From an uncultured candidatus Brocadiaceae bacterium (lineage in GTDB: Bacteria > Planctomycetota > Brocadiia > SM23-32): a stretch of DNA of 59,866 nucleotides. Made by a program: the position numbers and the translations under genes. Location: positions 1-59,866 of the forward strand of contig CAZNGS010000020.1 in NCBI GenBank assembly GCA_964572825.1. Reading direction: 5' to 3'. The notes beneath the pieces are model-generated. The model was not told where the DNA came from and searched no databases. It saw nothing but the letters and a program-made list of their open reading frames with translations. Below, one piece after another: positions 1 to 9,235 of this stretch; position 1 is the first letter of the stretch, and every line of letters starts with the position of its first letter.

Positions 1-94
1 TTCCCCCTCGACAAAAGGCGGGGTCCTGTCGGCTGCTGGCGGGTGCGCCGGGCGGGGGAGAGACTGAGGTGCGGCTTGCGCGGGCGCGGGATCG

Positions 95-2698
95 TTATTC
101 GCTGCTGGGTTTGCCGCGTCTTTCTATCTCTGCAAAATCGAGCCGGTCCAGAAGGCCGCCTTTCTTCTTTTCTTCGGGGCGTTCCTCCGGGCGGCCATCG
201 TCCGACTCGGCTTCCGGCGGGGGCTCTTCTTCCGGGCTCTTCTTGAGGATTTGCTGCTGGGTCTTGGAAAGCCTCTCGCTCATGGCGGCCTTCTGCACCC
301 GCCGGCTCTCCCAGCCCACGGTGCTTTTGGGAGCCCGGACGCTGGTGGGGGTAGTGGAGGGCACCTCCCTGGCCACTTCCCTTTGCTTGTCGGCGCGCTC
401 TTCGCGCCGTTCCTGTCGGCCTCGCCTGCGGCGCCCGCGGCGTTCGGGTCGCTCGCTTTCCTCCCGCAGTGAAAGGGCGATGCGCGACCGCTCTTCGTCC
501 ACGCTGACCACCCGGACCCGGATATTGTCCCCCACGGACAGGACGTCGTAGGGCGTTTCCACGTAGCCGTCCGAAAGCTCGCTGATGTGGATCAGCCCGT
601 CTTCCCCCACGCCCACGTCCACAAAGGCGCCGAAATCGACGATGTTTCGGACGGTTCCCTCCAGCCACTGTCCGCTCTGCAGGTCTTCGAAGGACAGCCG
701 TTTTTCCCGCAGCAGGGGGGCGGGCTTTTCTTCCCGCGGGTCCGGCCAGGGGTTGATCATCTCCTCGATGATATCTTTCAGCAGCAGGTAATGGACGTCG
801 AACTCCTTCTCCAGGTCCGTCAACTGGACCTCGCTTCGGTGTTCCGTCAGCCTGTTGCGGCCTTCCTGGTCTGCGATGTCGGCCAGGTCCATGTCCAGTT
901 GCTCGCAGATGCGTTCGGCCACCGGATAGAAGCGCGGATGAACCCGGCTGACGTCCAGGGGATTCTCCGATCCGTTCACTTTGATGAAGCCGGCCGCGCG
1001 ATCGAAACTCTCCCGGTCGATCTTCGGCACCTCGCGCAGTTGGCGACGGCTCTCGATGCGGCCGTAACGGTCGCGGTAGGCGACCAGTTCCAGCGACTTG
1101 TCCGGGCCCAGCCCGGAGACGTAGCGCAGCAGGCTGTAGTGGGCGGTGCCGGCGTCCACCCCGACGCTGCAGACACATTCTTCGATCACCAGCTCCAGCA
1201 GCGTCTTGAGGGCGCCGCCGTTGACGTCCTCCGCGTAGGGGTCCGGGCAGAGCTGGCGGGGGTTGATCTTGACCAGCTCGGAGAGGGGCCTGATGAGCCT
1301 TCTGCCAATGGAGACCGCGCAGCGCTCAGCCGGCCCGGTGTCGGGCAGTTCGTTCCTGGCGCCCCGGCTGGTGGCGTAGGTATCCAGCCCCACCTCGGAG
1401 ATGACCGCGTAGCGCAGGTCGGGGGCCTTCTCGGCGATGATCTCGCTCATCAGCTCTTCGGTTTCCTCGGTGCCCGTGCCGTCTCCAATGGCGACCACTT
1501 GGAGTCCGTGCTCCTCGACCAGCCGGCAGATGGTCTCCACGGCCTCGCTGCGCTCTTTCTGCGGGGCATGGGGGAACACGGTGGTTGTGGCCAGGACCCT
1601 GCCTTCTGCGTCGAGGGCGGCCAGGTTGCAGCCGGTGCGGTAGCCGGGATGTATCGCCAGGGTTGGGTGGGGCACCGGCCGGACCATGAGCATGGATTTG
1701 ACGTTGCGGCGGACTATCTCCAGGGCCAGCTTCTCCGCCTCACGGGTCAGCTCTCTGTCCAGTTCGCGCCCCACGATGCTGGCCAGGATGTTGTGCAGGC
1801 TGTTTCGGATACAGGCCACCATGAATTCGACGCTGTTGAGCCTGCGCAGGTTCTCCCCGTCGCCGGTCAGCACCGACTCGCCCAATTCGGCCATGACCTG
1901 ATCGTACTGGCCGGCGCCGCCCGCCATGTAGAGCTCCGCGGCGGCGCGGTCCATCTCCTCCAGGGGGGGCTCGATGTGGTATTGCAGGGCCTTCAGGCGC
2001 TTGCCGCGGCGTATTACCAGCACGTGGTAGGGATGCAGCTCCGAGAGGGGGCGACGGAAGCTGAAATACTGCTTGAACTCCCTGACCAGGCGGCCGGGCA
2101 GTGAACGGTTAACGCTGGTGCAGACCAGCTCCCCCTTCTGGCGCAGCACCTCCCGCTGGCGGTCCCGGTGGCTCTTCTCCTCGGCCACCCAGTCGCTGAC
2201 GATGTAGAAGACCCCTTCCAGGACATCTTCGACATCCTCCAGCCCTTCCTCCGGGTTCACGTAGGGCCCGGCCGCGGCCGCCATGTCCGGGATGAAATCG
2301 GTCTGAGAAAGCACCTGCTCGGCCAGCGGCCGAAGGCCTCGCGAGAGGGCCAGGCGGGAGCGGGAACGCTTCCGGGGGCGGTAAGGCACGTAGTAGTCGA
2401 TCAACTCCCGGATATCGGAGGCCAGTTCGATGTTGGCCCGGAGCTCATCGGTCAGAACGTCGCGCTCCTGGAGCTTCTTCAGCACCTTGCGCCGGCGGCT
2501 TTCCAACTTGTCCAGGCGCTTTTTCTCTTCGACCAGTTCGTAGAAATCCTCTCCGTCCAGGTTGGCGGCGAGCTCTTTGTGGTAGCGCCGGATGTAGGGG
2601 ATGCTGTAGCCCTCATCTAGCAACTCGAGTATCCGGCGGACCTGGTCGACGGTGAGGTGGTACTTCGATGCGACGTTCTTCAGAGCCTTGTCAGGCAT
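95..2698 (-). CDS. tex: Transcription accessory protein Tex. It has the YqgF/RuvC-like, HhH and S1 domains plus a long KR/E-rich C-terminal tail.
   Basis: 867-aa ORF. The N-terminus carries Tex-like YRKE and PYRPRKRSRS motifs. A C-terminal S1 domain (GTVRNIVDFGAFVDVGVGEDGLIHISELS) is followed by a low-complexity R/E-rich tail. Confidence 0.85.
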   Translation of the reverse strand: MPDKALKNVASKYHLTVDQVRRILELLDEGYSIPYIRRYHKELAANLDGEDFYELVEEKKRLDKLESRRRKVLKKLQERDVLTDELRANIELASDIRELIDYYVPYRPRKRSRSRLALSRGLRPLAEQVLSQTDFIPDMAAAAGPYVNPEEGLEDVEDVLEGVFYIVSDWVAEEKSHRDRQREVLRQKGELVCTSVNRSLPGRLVREFKQYFSFRRPLSELHPYHVLVIRRGKRLKALQYHIEPPLEEMDRAAAELYMAGGAGQYDQVMAELGESVLTGDGENLRRLNSVEFMVACIRNSLHNILASIVGRELDRELTREAEKLALEIVRRNVKSMLMVRPVPHPTLAIHPGYRTGCNLAALDAEGRVLATTTVFPHAPQKERSEAVETICRLVEEHGLQVVAIGDGTGTEETEELMSEIIAEKAPDLRYAVISEVGLDTYATSRGARNELPDTGPAERCAVSIGRRLIRPLSELVKINPRQLCPDPYAEDVNGGALKTLLELVIEECVCSVGVDAGTAHYSLLRYVSGLGPDKSLELVAYRDRYGRIESRRQLREVPKIDRESFDRAAGFIKVNGSENPLDVSRVHPRFYPVAERICEQLDMDLADIADQEGRNRLTEHRSEVQLTDLEKEFDVHYLLLKDIIEEMINPWPDPREEKPAPLLREKRLSFEDLQSGQWLEGTVRNIVDFGAFVDVGVGEDGLIHISELSDGYVETPYDVLSVGDNIRVRVVSVDEERSRIALSLREESERPERRGRRRRGRQERREERADKQREVAREVPSTTPTSVRAPKSTVGWESRRVQKAAMSERLSKTQQQILKKSPEEEPPPEAESDDGRPEERPEEKKKGGLLDRLDFAEIERRGKPSSE

Positions 2699-2945
2699 GA
2701 CAGCCGGTCAACAGTCCTTCGCAAAGAAGAGATGGGCACAACGTAGAGTCAGGCAGGTTTGGGCACCAGATGCTCAAAGAACGAGATTGTAGGTGATTTC
2801 ATGGCGCTTGTCAAAAGGAATTTCGGGGACCTGGATTCAGAAGGGCCATCTGCCCGCCCTGGTGGGATCAGCGCCTTGCCCTTGACCCGGCCCGGAGAGG
2901 GTGATAATCTCGCATGCGCTGCCAGGTGCCGTCATGTTGGGAATT

Positions 2946-3022
2946 GGGCGGATAGCTCAGCCGGCCAGAGCGCTTGCCTTACAAGCAAGAGGTTCCGGGT
3001 TCGAATCCCGGTCCGCCCACCA
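2946..3022 (+). tRNA. tRNA-Val (anticodon TAC), with an encoded CCA end.
   Basis: Cloverleaf GGGCGGATAGCTCAGCCGG...TTCGAATCCCGGTCCGCCCACCA. The 7-bp acceptor stem pairs GGGCGGA with TCCGCCC. The anticodon loop is CTTACAA and a T-loop GGTTCGAATCC is present. Confidence 0.85.
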
Positions 3023-3149
3023 TGTTCAGCCGTCCGGGGTGGCAACCGGTACGCTCGTGGAGCCGGGTGCTCTTTCTGCTCGAGGTCCGGGGATTCGTGT
3101 GGGCACCGCGGTGTGATGCGTGTGTTGATCCGGCACTGGTGGAAGCGAG

Positions 3150-3452
3150 ATGGGGATGACAAAAGTAAAGGCACGTCTGCAGCCGATGGCCGCCACGGTC
3201 CGCGGCCTCTCCGACGAGCAGATCAAGATGATTCACCGCTGGGTGGCCGATCTGAGGAAGACACTGTCCACCTGTGCGACCATCGCGGAACCGGTGCTTC
3301 TGGGTGACCCCGAAGAGGCGGTTGGGGAGGTTGCCGACCGGTGGATGGAGATGACCGGACCGGATGCCCGACCCGAGAGTGAGGACCTTCTGGCCGTCTG
3401 CGGCGACCACGAGGGGCCCATGCGCACGCTGGCTGCCATGCTCGGCATATAG
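3150..3452 (+). CDS. Hypothetical small protein of about 100 aa.
   Basis: An ORF with protein-like composition downstream of the tRNA. No recognisable motif, and the start is uncertain. Confidence 0.3.
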   Translation: MGMTKVKARLQPMAATVRGLSDEQIKMIHRWVADLRKTLSTCATIAEPVLLGDPEEAVGEVADRWMEMTGPDARPESEDLLAVCGDHEGPMRTLAAMLGI

Positions 3453-3522
3453 GTGGTCTGAGCCCGGCAGCAGGCCGGTCCGGGCACGGAAAGGGTTGGG
3501 TTCACCGGGGAGGGAAACTGCG

Positions 3523-3870
3523 ATGTTCTTCACCAGCATTGACGACACCGAGCCCGTGCGCACCGGGCACGGGAATTCCCTGTGGGTGCTGCTGCCGGAG
3601 GAGGTCGGGGTACCGAACTTTGTGATGCGCTACTTCGAGGTGCCCGCCGGAGGCGCCACGGGCTACGGCAACCACCCCTACGAGCACGAGGTCTTCGTCG
3701 TGCATGGGGAAGGCGTCCTCAAGGGGAAGCACCTGAACGGACGGCCGGTGGAGCGCCGCCTGAGGCCGGGCGATGCTGTCTTCATTGCGCCCGACGAGGA
3801 ACATCAATTCTGCAACCGGACCGAAGAGCCGGTGGGCTTCATCTGCGTCCTGCCCGCGGGGTGCGAGTAG
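3523..3870 (+). CDS. Cupin-domain protein.
   Basis: An in-frame ATG at 3523 is preceded by GGGAGGGAA. The sequence HPYEHEVFVVHGEG...GDAVFIAPDEEHQF is typical of the two cupin motifs. Confidence 0.65.
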   Translation: MFFTSIDDTEPVRTGHGNSLWVLLPEEVGVPNFVMRYFEVPAGGATGYGNHPYEHEVFVVHGEGVLKGKHLNGRPVERRLRPGDAVFIAPDEEHQFCNRTEEPVGFICVLPAGCE

Positions 3871-4429
3871 ACCCCGGTCGGCACAGGGCGTTTTCGGGGG
3901 ACAACTCGATGGTCTGGCGGGGGGAGGTCGTCCTGCGGAGGGCGAACACGCCCTGACGCAGACGACCTGCCCTGAACGACACGGTGAGCAGAAGGGCCTG
4001 CTCGGGCCACCCGGCGGTTGACCCGCCCCTGCCGGGGCCGTATACTCGACTGCAGGAAGCCGGAAGGCGACATCTGACGGGGGGGCGAGGTCTTTTTCGT
4101 GGCGCCGGGGGCTGCATCCGGTGGCGTTGCGTGGGGCGGACCGGCTGATCGTAGCCGTTGGTAGCTGCCGCGACGAAGCAATCACCACGCCCGCGAATCT
4201 TGCCGAACTGATGGACCAGGGCGTTGCCCGCAGCGTGCGGGGGTATTCCGGCGAGAAGGGCGAATGGACCGTGGCTCGGACCGCCGGTGGGAAGGGTTCT
4301 GCGCCACATTGGGCCGCGCGTGCAGCCCCGGGGATTCCACCTGCTGGATATTCGTCGCCATTACCTTCCCGCGTCTGCGCGCGGCCGGGACGCTCAAGCG
4401 AGGCTTTTGATCGGGGACAAGCGCAGAGA

Positions 4430-6790
4430 ATGAGCCACACACGTCAGCAGGCGGGCAAGGGTCCGCCCGAGGAGTCGTCCACGGGGGCTTCTGGCCGGGG
4501 AGGCATGGTGCCGCGGTGGGCCTGGATGGTGGTGGGCGTGGCTGCCGGGGTGGGAGCGCTGTTCCTGCTGCAGTTCTGGCTCCCGATCGACGATTACCTG
4601 AAAGCCTTCCTGTTGTGGACGCAGGAGGTTGGCTTTCCGGGCGCCCTCGTCCTGGGGCTGGTGTACGTGGTGGGGGCACTGGTGCTCTTCCCCGGCTCCG
4701 TGCTCAGCATGGGAGCGGGGTTTCTCTTCGGGCTGTTGTGGGGCACGGTGCTGGTCTCGGTGGCCAGCACGACGGCGGCCTGCCTCGCCTTCCTGATGGG
4801 CAGGAGCATCGGGCGGGGCTGGATAGCCGACAAGATACGGGGCAATCCCCGGTTCCGGGCCGTGGACCAGGCCGTCGGCCGGCAGGGGTTCAAGATCGTT
4901 TTCCTGATCCGCCTCAGCCCCCTGTTTCCCTACACTGTGCAGAACTACGCCTTCGGGCTCACGGACATAAAGTTCTGGAAATACGCCCTGGCCTCCTGGA
5001 TCGGCATGATTCCGGGCACGATCATGTACGTGTATTTCGGCTACGCAGCCAAGAGTATCGCACAGATCATCGCGGGGCGGGCCACCATGTCTACCCCGCA
5101 GAAGGTATTCCTGTGGGTCGGCCTGGCCCTTACGGTGGCGGTGGTGCTGTTTGTCACCCGCCTGGCCCGGGACGCCATCCGGGATGCGGTGGGAGAGGTC
5201 GAATCCGGGGAAGCCACACATCACGAAGACACCGCGGGGCACCGTCGTTCGCCCCGGCGCGCGCTGCCCGAGCTGGAAAAGCCCGAACTGGAGCCGATGG
5301 ACCAGCACAACCAGGAACTGCTGGAAGCCGTGGGACCGCCGGGCTGGCGCAATCGCGAACCCGACGGACGCTATAACCTGGCGGTGATCGGCGGCGGCAC
5401 GGCCGGATTGGTCTCAGCAGTCGGGGCGGCAGGTCTCGGGGCGAAGGTGGCGCTGATAGAGCGTCACATGCTGGGCGGCGACTGTTTGAACGTCGGCTGC
5501 GTGCCCTCAAAGTGCATCATCCGGTCCGCCCGCGCCTGCGCCGACGTGCGGCGCGCGGGACAGTACGGCATCCGCGTTCCCGACAATGTTGAGGTGGACT
5601 TCGCGGCCGTGATGGAGCGCATGCGCCGCCTGAGGGCCCGAGTAGCGCGGCACGACTCCGCCGCGAGGTTCCGCGACATGGGGGTGGACGTCTACCTGGG
5701 TGAGGGCAGATTCGTGGCCCACGACGCGGTGGAAGTGGGAGGGAGGCGACTGCGCTTCGCGAGGGCCATCATCGCCACCGGCTCGCGGGCACGCCGGCCG
5801 GACATCGAAGGGATCGAAGAGGCGGGCTACTACACCAATGAGACGATCTTCAACCTGACGGAGCGACCGGAGCGGCTGGCCGTGGTGGGCGGAGGTCCTC
5901 TGGGCTGTGAACTGGCCCAGGCCTTCCAGCGGCTGGGCAGCCGGGTTGTCATCGTCGAGCGGGCACCGCAGTTCCTGCGCCGGGAGGACCGGGACGCGGC
6001 GGACATTCTGGCCGAAGCCTTTCGGAGGGATGGAATCTCGGTGCGCCTCAACACAACCGTCGCCCGCGTGGAGGTCTCGGCGGGTGAGAAGGTACTTCAC
6101 CTGAACACGGGGGACGGAGAAGAGACGGTCACGGTGGACGAGATACTGGTCGGACTGGGCCGACAACCGACCCTGGCGGGACTGGACCTGGATGCGGGGG
6201 GCATCCGGTATGACCCGCGACAGGGAGTGTGGGTGGACGACCATCTGCGCACCTCCAACCGCCGCGTCTACGCGGCCGGGGACGTCTGCCTGCGCTACAA
6301 GTTCACCCATACGGCCGACATGACGGCCCGCCTGGCCCTTCAGAACGCCCTTTTCTGGGGACGCAAGAAAAAGAGCGTGCTGACCATCCCCTGGTGCACC
6401 TACACCGACCCCGAGATCGCGCACGTGGGCATGTATGAGAAGGATGCCGGGGCGAGGGGTATCGAGGTGGATACTTTCTCCGTGGACATGTCGGAGGTGG
6501 ACCGCGCCGTGACCGACGGCGAGACGCGGGGCTTCCTGAAGGTGCACGTCAGGAAGGGCACGGACAGGATACTGGGGGCCACGCTGGTGGCCCGGCACGC
6601 GGGCGAGATGATCAGCGAGGTCACCACCGCCATCGTGGGCGAGGTGGGACTTACAACCATGGCCAACGTCATACACCCCTACCCTACGCGGGCAGAGATC
6701 ATCCGCAAAGCGGCAGACGCCTGCAACCGCACCAGGTTGACGCCGGCCCTGCAGCGGTGGCTGAAGAGGTTGATGGCCTGGCGGCGGTAG
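4430..6790 (+). CDS. Bifunctional protein: a TVP38/TMEM64 (DedA-family) membrane domain fused to an FAD-dependent pyridine-nucleotide-disulfide oxidoreductase (mercuric-reductase/dihydrolipoamide-dehydrogenase-like).
   Basis: The N-terminal half has multiple TM helices with DedA-like motifs (FPGSVLSMGAGFLFG, LIRLSPLFPYTVQNYAFG). The C-terminal half has GGGTAGLVSA, a GGDCLNVGCVPSK redox-active disulfide, an NADH-binding GGGPLGCE motif, and a dimerisation domain. The start was chosen at the MSHTRQQ ATG, so the long upstream ORF extension is probably non-coding. Confidence 0.75.
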   Translation: MSHTRQQAGKGPPEESSTGASGRGGMVPRWAWMVVGVAAGVGALFLLQFWLPIDDYLKAFLLWTQEVGFPGALVLGLVYVVGALVLFPGSVLSMGAGFLFGLLWGTVLVSVASTTAACLAFLMGRSIGRGWIADKIRGNPRFRAVDQAVGRQGFKIVFLIRLSPLFPYTVQNYAFGLTDIKFWKYALASWIGMIPGTIMYVYFGYAAKSIAQIIAGRATMSTPQKVFLWVGLALTVAVVLFVTRLARDAIRDAVGEVESGEATHHEDTAGHRRSPRRALPELEKPELEPMDQHNQELLEAVGPPGWRNREPDGRYNLAVIGGGTAGLVSAVGAAGLGAKVALIERHMLGGDCLNVGCVPSKCIIRSARACADVRRAGQYGIRVPDNVEVDFAAVMERMRRLRARVARHDSAARFRDMGVDVYLGEGRFVAHDAVEVGGRRLRFARAIIATGSRARRPDIEGIEEAGYYTNETIFNLTERPERLAVVGGGPLGCELAQAFQRLGSRVVIVERAPQFLRREDRDAADILAEAFRRDGISVRLNTTVARVEVSAGEKVLHLNTGDGEETVTVDEILVGLGRQPTLAGLDLDAGGIRYDPRQGVWVDDHLRTSNRRVYAAGDVCLRYKFTHTADMTARLALQNALFWGRKKKSVLTIPWCTYTDPEIAHVGMYEKDAGARGIEVDTFSVDMSEVDRAVTDGETRGFLKVHVRKGTDRILGATLVARHAGEMISEVTTAIVGEVGLTTMANVIHPYPTRAEIIRKAADACNRTRLTPALQRWLKRLMAWRR

Positions 6791-6802
6791 GCGGGCCGGG
6801 TT

Positions 6803-8377
6803 TCACTCCATGCGGGGCAGGCTGACGTGGCGGGTGCAATTGCGCCCTTCCGACTTGGCGACGTAGAGGCACTTGTCTGCCTCTTCCAGCAGGTCCTCGA
6901 CGTCCACCGCCTCCTGGTCGGCGTGCAGGTGGGCGACCCCGACGCTGACCGTGAAACCGGGGCAGTTCTCCGTCCAATGGCCCGACTCCCGCGCGACACC
7001 GTGACGGAGCCTCTCGGCGATGTGCAGGCCAGCCTCCAGGTCAGTCTCGGGCAGCAGAAGGGCAAACTCATCTCCCCCGTAGCGGCCTGCCACGTCGCTG
7101 CGGCGGATATGCTTGAGGGTGTACTTGCCGAAGGACTCCAGCATCCGGTCCCCCGTGCCGTGGCCGAACTGGTCGTTGATGCTCTTGAAGCGGTCGATGT
7201 CCAAAAAAAGCACGCTGAGCTGGAGGTCATGGCGGACGCTGCGAGCCAGTTCAGCCTCGCAACGCTTCCTGAACTCAGAGCGGCGCATCAGGGAAGTCAG
7301 GCTGTCGTAAGCAAGTTCCTTCTCCAGCCGGTCACGGTCGGCCTCCAGGGCATCCAGCTCCCGCCGTGCGTCCGCCGCTCTGGCGTGATACTTGCGGAAA
7401 TCGGGCTCCATTTCTGCGGCCAGCCTGCCCATCTGCCGCAGACTTGCCGCGCGTACCGTGGAATAGGAGGACAGCGTTTGGGGGTCGATGTCGAATGCTC
7501 GAGCGGTAGCGGCTACGCCCCGGTCGACCTCCTCCAGTATGTCGCGCATCATGGAACGTGCCAGTCCGAAAGCGTCCTCCGCCATGCGGAGGGCGATCTC
7601 GTGGTTCATGTTGCGGTCGGGTCCGTTGAACAGTGCGCCCACCGTATCCCCCAGCCGAAGAACGCGCGCCAGCCGCCTGGCCTTGTCGGGCAGGTCTTCC
7701 GGCAGCTCCTCTTCCGGGCACTGGTGGTAGGCTACGGGTCGGTAGATTTCGGGAGGCAATCCCCACTTGCGCAGCAGGTATCCTCCGAACATCGGGTGAG
7801 TCGTGCCAAGCTTCTGCTGCTCGACCGCCACCAGGGAGAGCGTGGGATCGGCCTGGCAGGTCTCCAGCACGGCCCCGTATTCATCGGGAAGCCCACTTTG
7901 CATGGCCAGGACCCCAATGTCCTGGAGAAGTCCCGCTGCGTAGGCATCTTCTGCGTCCACTGCGGGGATGCGCTCGGCAAGAGCGTGCGCTGCATGCGAC
8001 GTGGTGAGGGCGAAGCGCCAGTAATAATCCGGGTTGAATGCCGGGATGTGCTTCAGGTCCTGTGCGGCCAGAGCAAACGCCAGCGAAGTGGCATGCGTCA
8101 GCCGCAGTCCCAGCCGCACCAGAGCGGCCCGCAGCGACGTGATGCGGTGCCTGCCCCCGAAAATGCCCGAGTTGGCCATGGTCAGAAAACGTGCGGCGAG
8201 AGCCGGGTCGGCGGAGACCATGAAGGCAAGCTTGCCAAAATCGACATCCGGGTCTTTGCACTTCGTCATTATGGCCAGAGCCACGGCGGGCACGGTCGGC
8301 AACCGGTCGCTGTCGATCGCGCCTCCCAGGCTTTCGATGGCGGCGTCGCAGCCTGCCGTAGATTGGCCTTCGCTCAT
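6803..8377 (-). CDS. Diguanylate cyclase with HDOD and GGDEF domains.
   Basis: An N-terminal HDOD-like region is followed by a C-terminal GGDEF domain (RYGGDEFALLLPETD, DRFKSINDQFGH). The start was placed at MSEGQ, which has an AGGAGGGGG RBS. Confidence 0.8.
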   Translation of the reverse strand: MSEGQSTAGCDAAIESLGGAIDSDRLPTVPAVALAIMTKCKDPDVDFGKLAFMVSADPALAARFLTMANSGIFGGRHRITSLRAALVRLGLRLTHATSLAFALAAQDLKHIPAFNPDYYWRFALTTSHAAHALAERIPAVDAEDAYAAGLLQDIGVLAMQSGLPDEYGAVLETCQADPTLSLVAVEQQKLGTTHPMFGGYLLRKWGLPPEIYRPVAYHQCPEEELPEDLPDKARRLARVLRLGDTVGALFNGPDRNMNHEIALRMAEDAFGLARSMMRDILEEVDRGVAATARAFDIDPQTLSSYSTVRAASLRQMGRLAAEMEPDFRKYHARAADARRELDALEADRDRLEKELAYDSLTSLMRRSEFRKRCEAELARSVRHDLQLSVLFLDIDRFKSINDQFGHGTGDRMLESFGKYTLKHIRRSDVAGRYGGDEFALLLPETDLEAGLHIAERLRHGVARESGHWTENCPGFTVSVGVAHLHADQEAVDVEDLLEEADKCLYVAKSEGRNCTRHVSLPRME

Positions 8378-8626
8378 TAATCCCCCTCCTTTGCGTGCGC
8401 CGCAGCGGCAGTCCCTCTCGCCACTACCGACGCTTTCAGTATAGCAACCGGCGCAGTCCGAGTTCAAAAGGCACCCGTGGGCCCCGTGGATAAGGGCGTG
8501 TCTGGGATGCTAGATGCCTTTTTTGGGGGGGGAATAAGTCTTGCGCTCCCCTCTACTTACGCTTAAACTAAGCACCGAGTTTCGAGGCTGGTGTGTAAGA
8601 TTCCGAGCTTTGTGGACTAAATACTC

Positions 8627-9235
8627 ATGAACAAAAGAAGCACAGACGATTCCCCCTACAAGACGAGGCCGACGTTGCTGGAACGGGTCAAAGACTTCCG
8701 GGACGAACAGAGCTGGCAGGAGTTCAACCGGCTCTATCGACCCCTGATCCGGTGTTTCCTCTACAAGGTGGGCGTCCCGCGGGAACACGTCCCGGACCTC
8801 ACCCAGGAGGTCATGCAGATCGTGCTCAACCAGATCCCGGACTTCCAGTACGACCCGGAAAAGGGTTCTTTCCGGGGCTGGCTCTACGTGGTCACCGCCA
8901 ACCGCGCGCGCCGCTTCTACCGCCAGCACAGTCGCGGGGCCGACGGCCGGGGAGGGACCACCCACCAGGAACTGCTCCAGCAGTTGCCCGCCGAGGAACG
9001 CGTCAGCGAGATATGGGAGCAGGAATGGCAAAAACGCTGCCTGGAGGAGGCCATGAAAAAGGTGCGGGAACGCGTGAAAGAGTCCACCTGGGAGTCCTTC
9101 CGCCTCGCGACTTTGGAAGGTCTGCCGGCCGAAACCGTGGCACAGAAAACGAACCTGTCCGTCGGGCAGGTTTACGTCAATAAATCCCGCGTATTGAAAT
9201 GGCTGAGAGAAACTGTGGAGGCACTCAATGAATAG
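8627..9235 (+). CDS. ECF (sigma-70 family) RNA polymerase sigma factor.
   Basis: About 200 aa with sigma region 2 (LLERVKDFRDEQSWQEFNRLYRPLIRCFL) and region 4. Its stop overlaps the start of the downstream anti-sigma/kinase gene by 8 nt (ATGAATAG). Confidence 0.8.
   Translation: MNKRSTDDSPYKTRPTLLERVKDFRDEQSWQEFNRLYRPLIRCFLYKVGVPREHVPDLTQEVMQIVLNQIPDFQYDPEKGSFRGWLYVVTANRARRFYRQHSRGADGRGGTTHQELLQQLPAEERVSEIWEQEWQKRCLEEAMKKVRERVKESTWESFRLATLEGLPAETVAQKTNLSVGQVYVNKSRVLKWLRETVEALNE

Noticed and set aside
2946-3022. The tRNA-Val as an integration site for a genomic island.
   Set aside because: No integrase, direct-repeat duplicate of the tRNA 3' end, or compositional shift is visible downstream. 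The adjacent genes look like ordinary chromosome.
2759-3307. A 182-aa plus-strand ORF overlapping the tRNA-Val gene.
   Set aside because: It runs straight through a structurally convincing tRNA. It has no RBS and its sequence is low-complexity.
4121-4429. A 103-codon upstream extension of the DedA-oxidoreductase ORF.
   Set aside because: The extension is Ala/Arg/Gly-rich with no membrane or domain features. An internal ATG at 4430 begins a recognisable DedA domain, so the long form is probably an ORF-finder artefact.
3502-4440. A 312-aa minus-strand ORF spanning the cupin gene and the intergenic region.
   Set aside because: It overlaps the well-supported cupin CDS on the opposite strand. 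Its composition is Pro/Arg/Ala-rich, typical of spurious antisense ORFs in high-GC DNA.
5507-6676. A 389-aa minus-strand ORF, plus other long antisense ORFs (15553-16386, 16495-17301, 19951-21015, 21335-22660, 36763-38292, 38362-40371, 41750-44488, 44842-46344, 49859-51361).
   Set aside because: Each lies antisense to a gene with a clear domain assignment (flavoprotein reductase, SPFH, FGE, FHA-kinase, GRE, gap/pgk, accD, GH-like). Long stop-free antisense frames are expected at ~70% GC.
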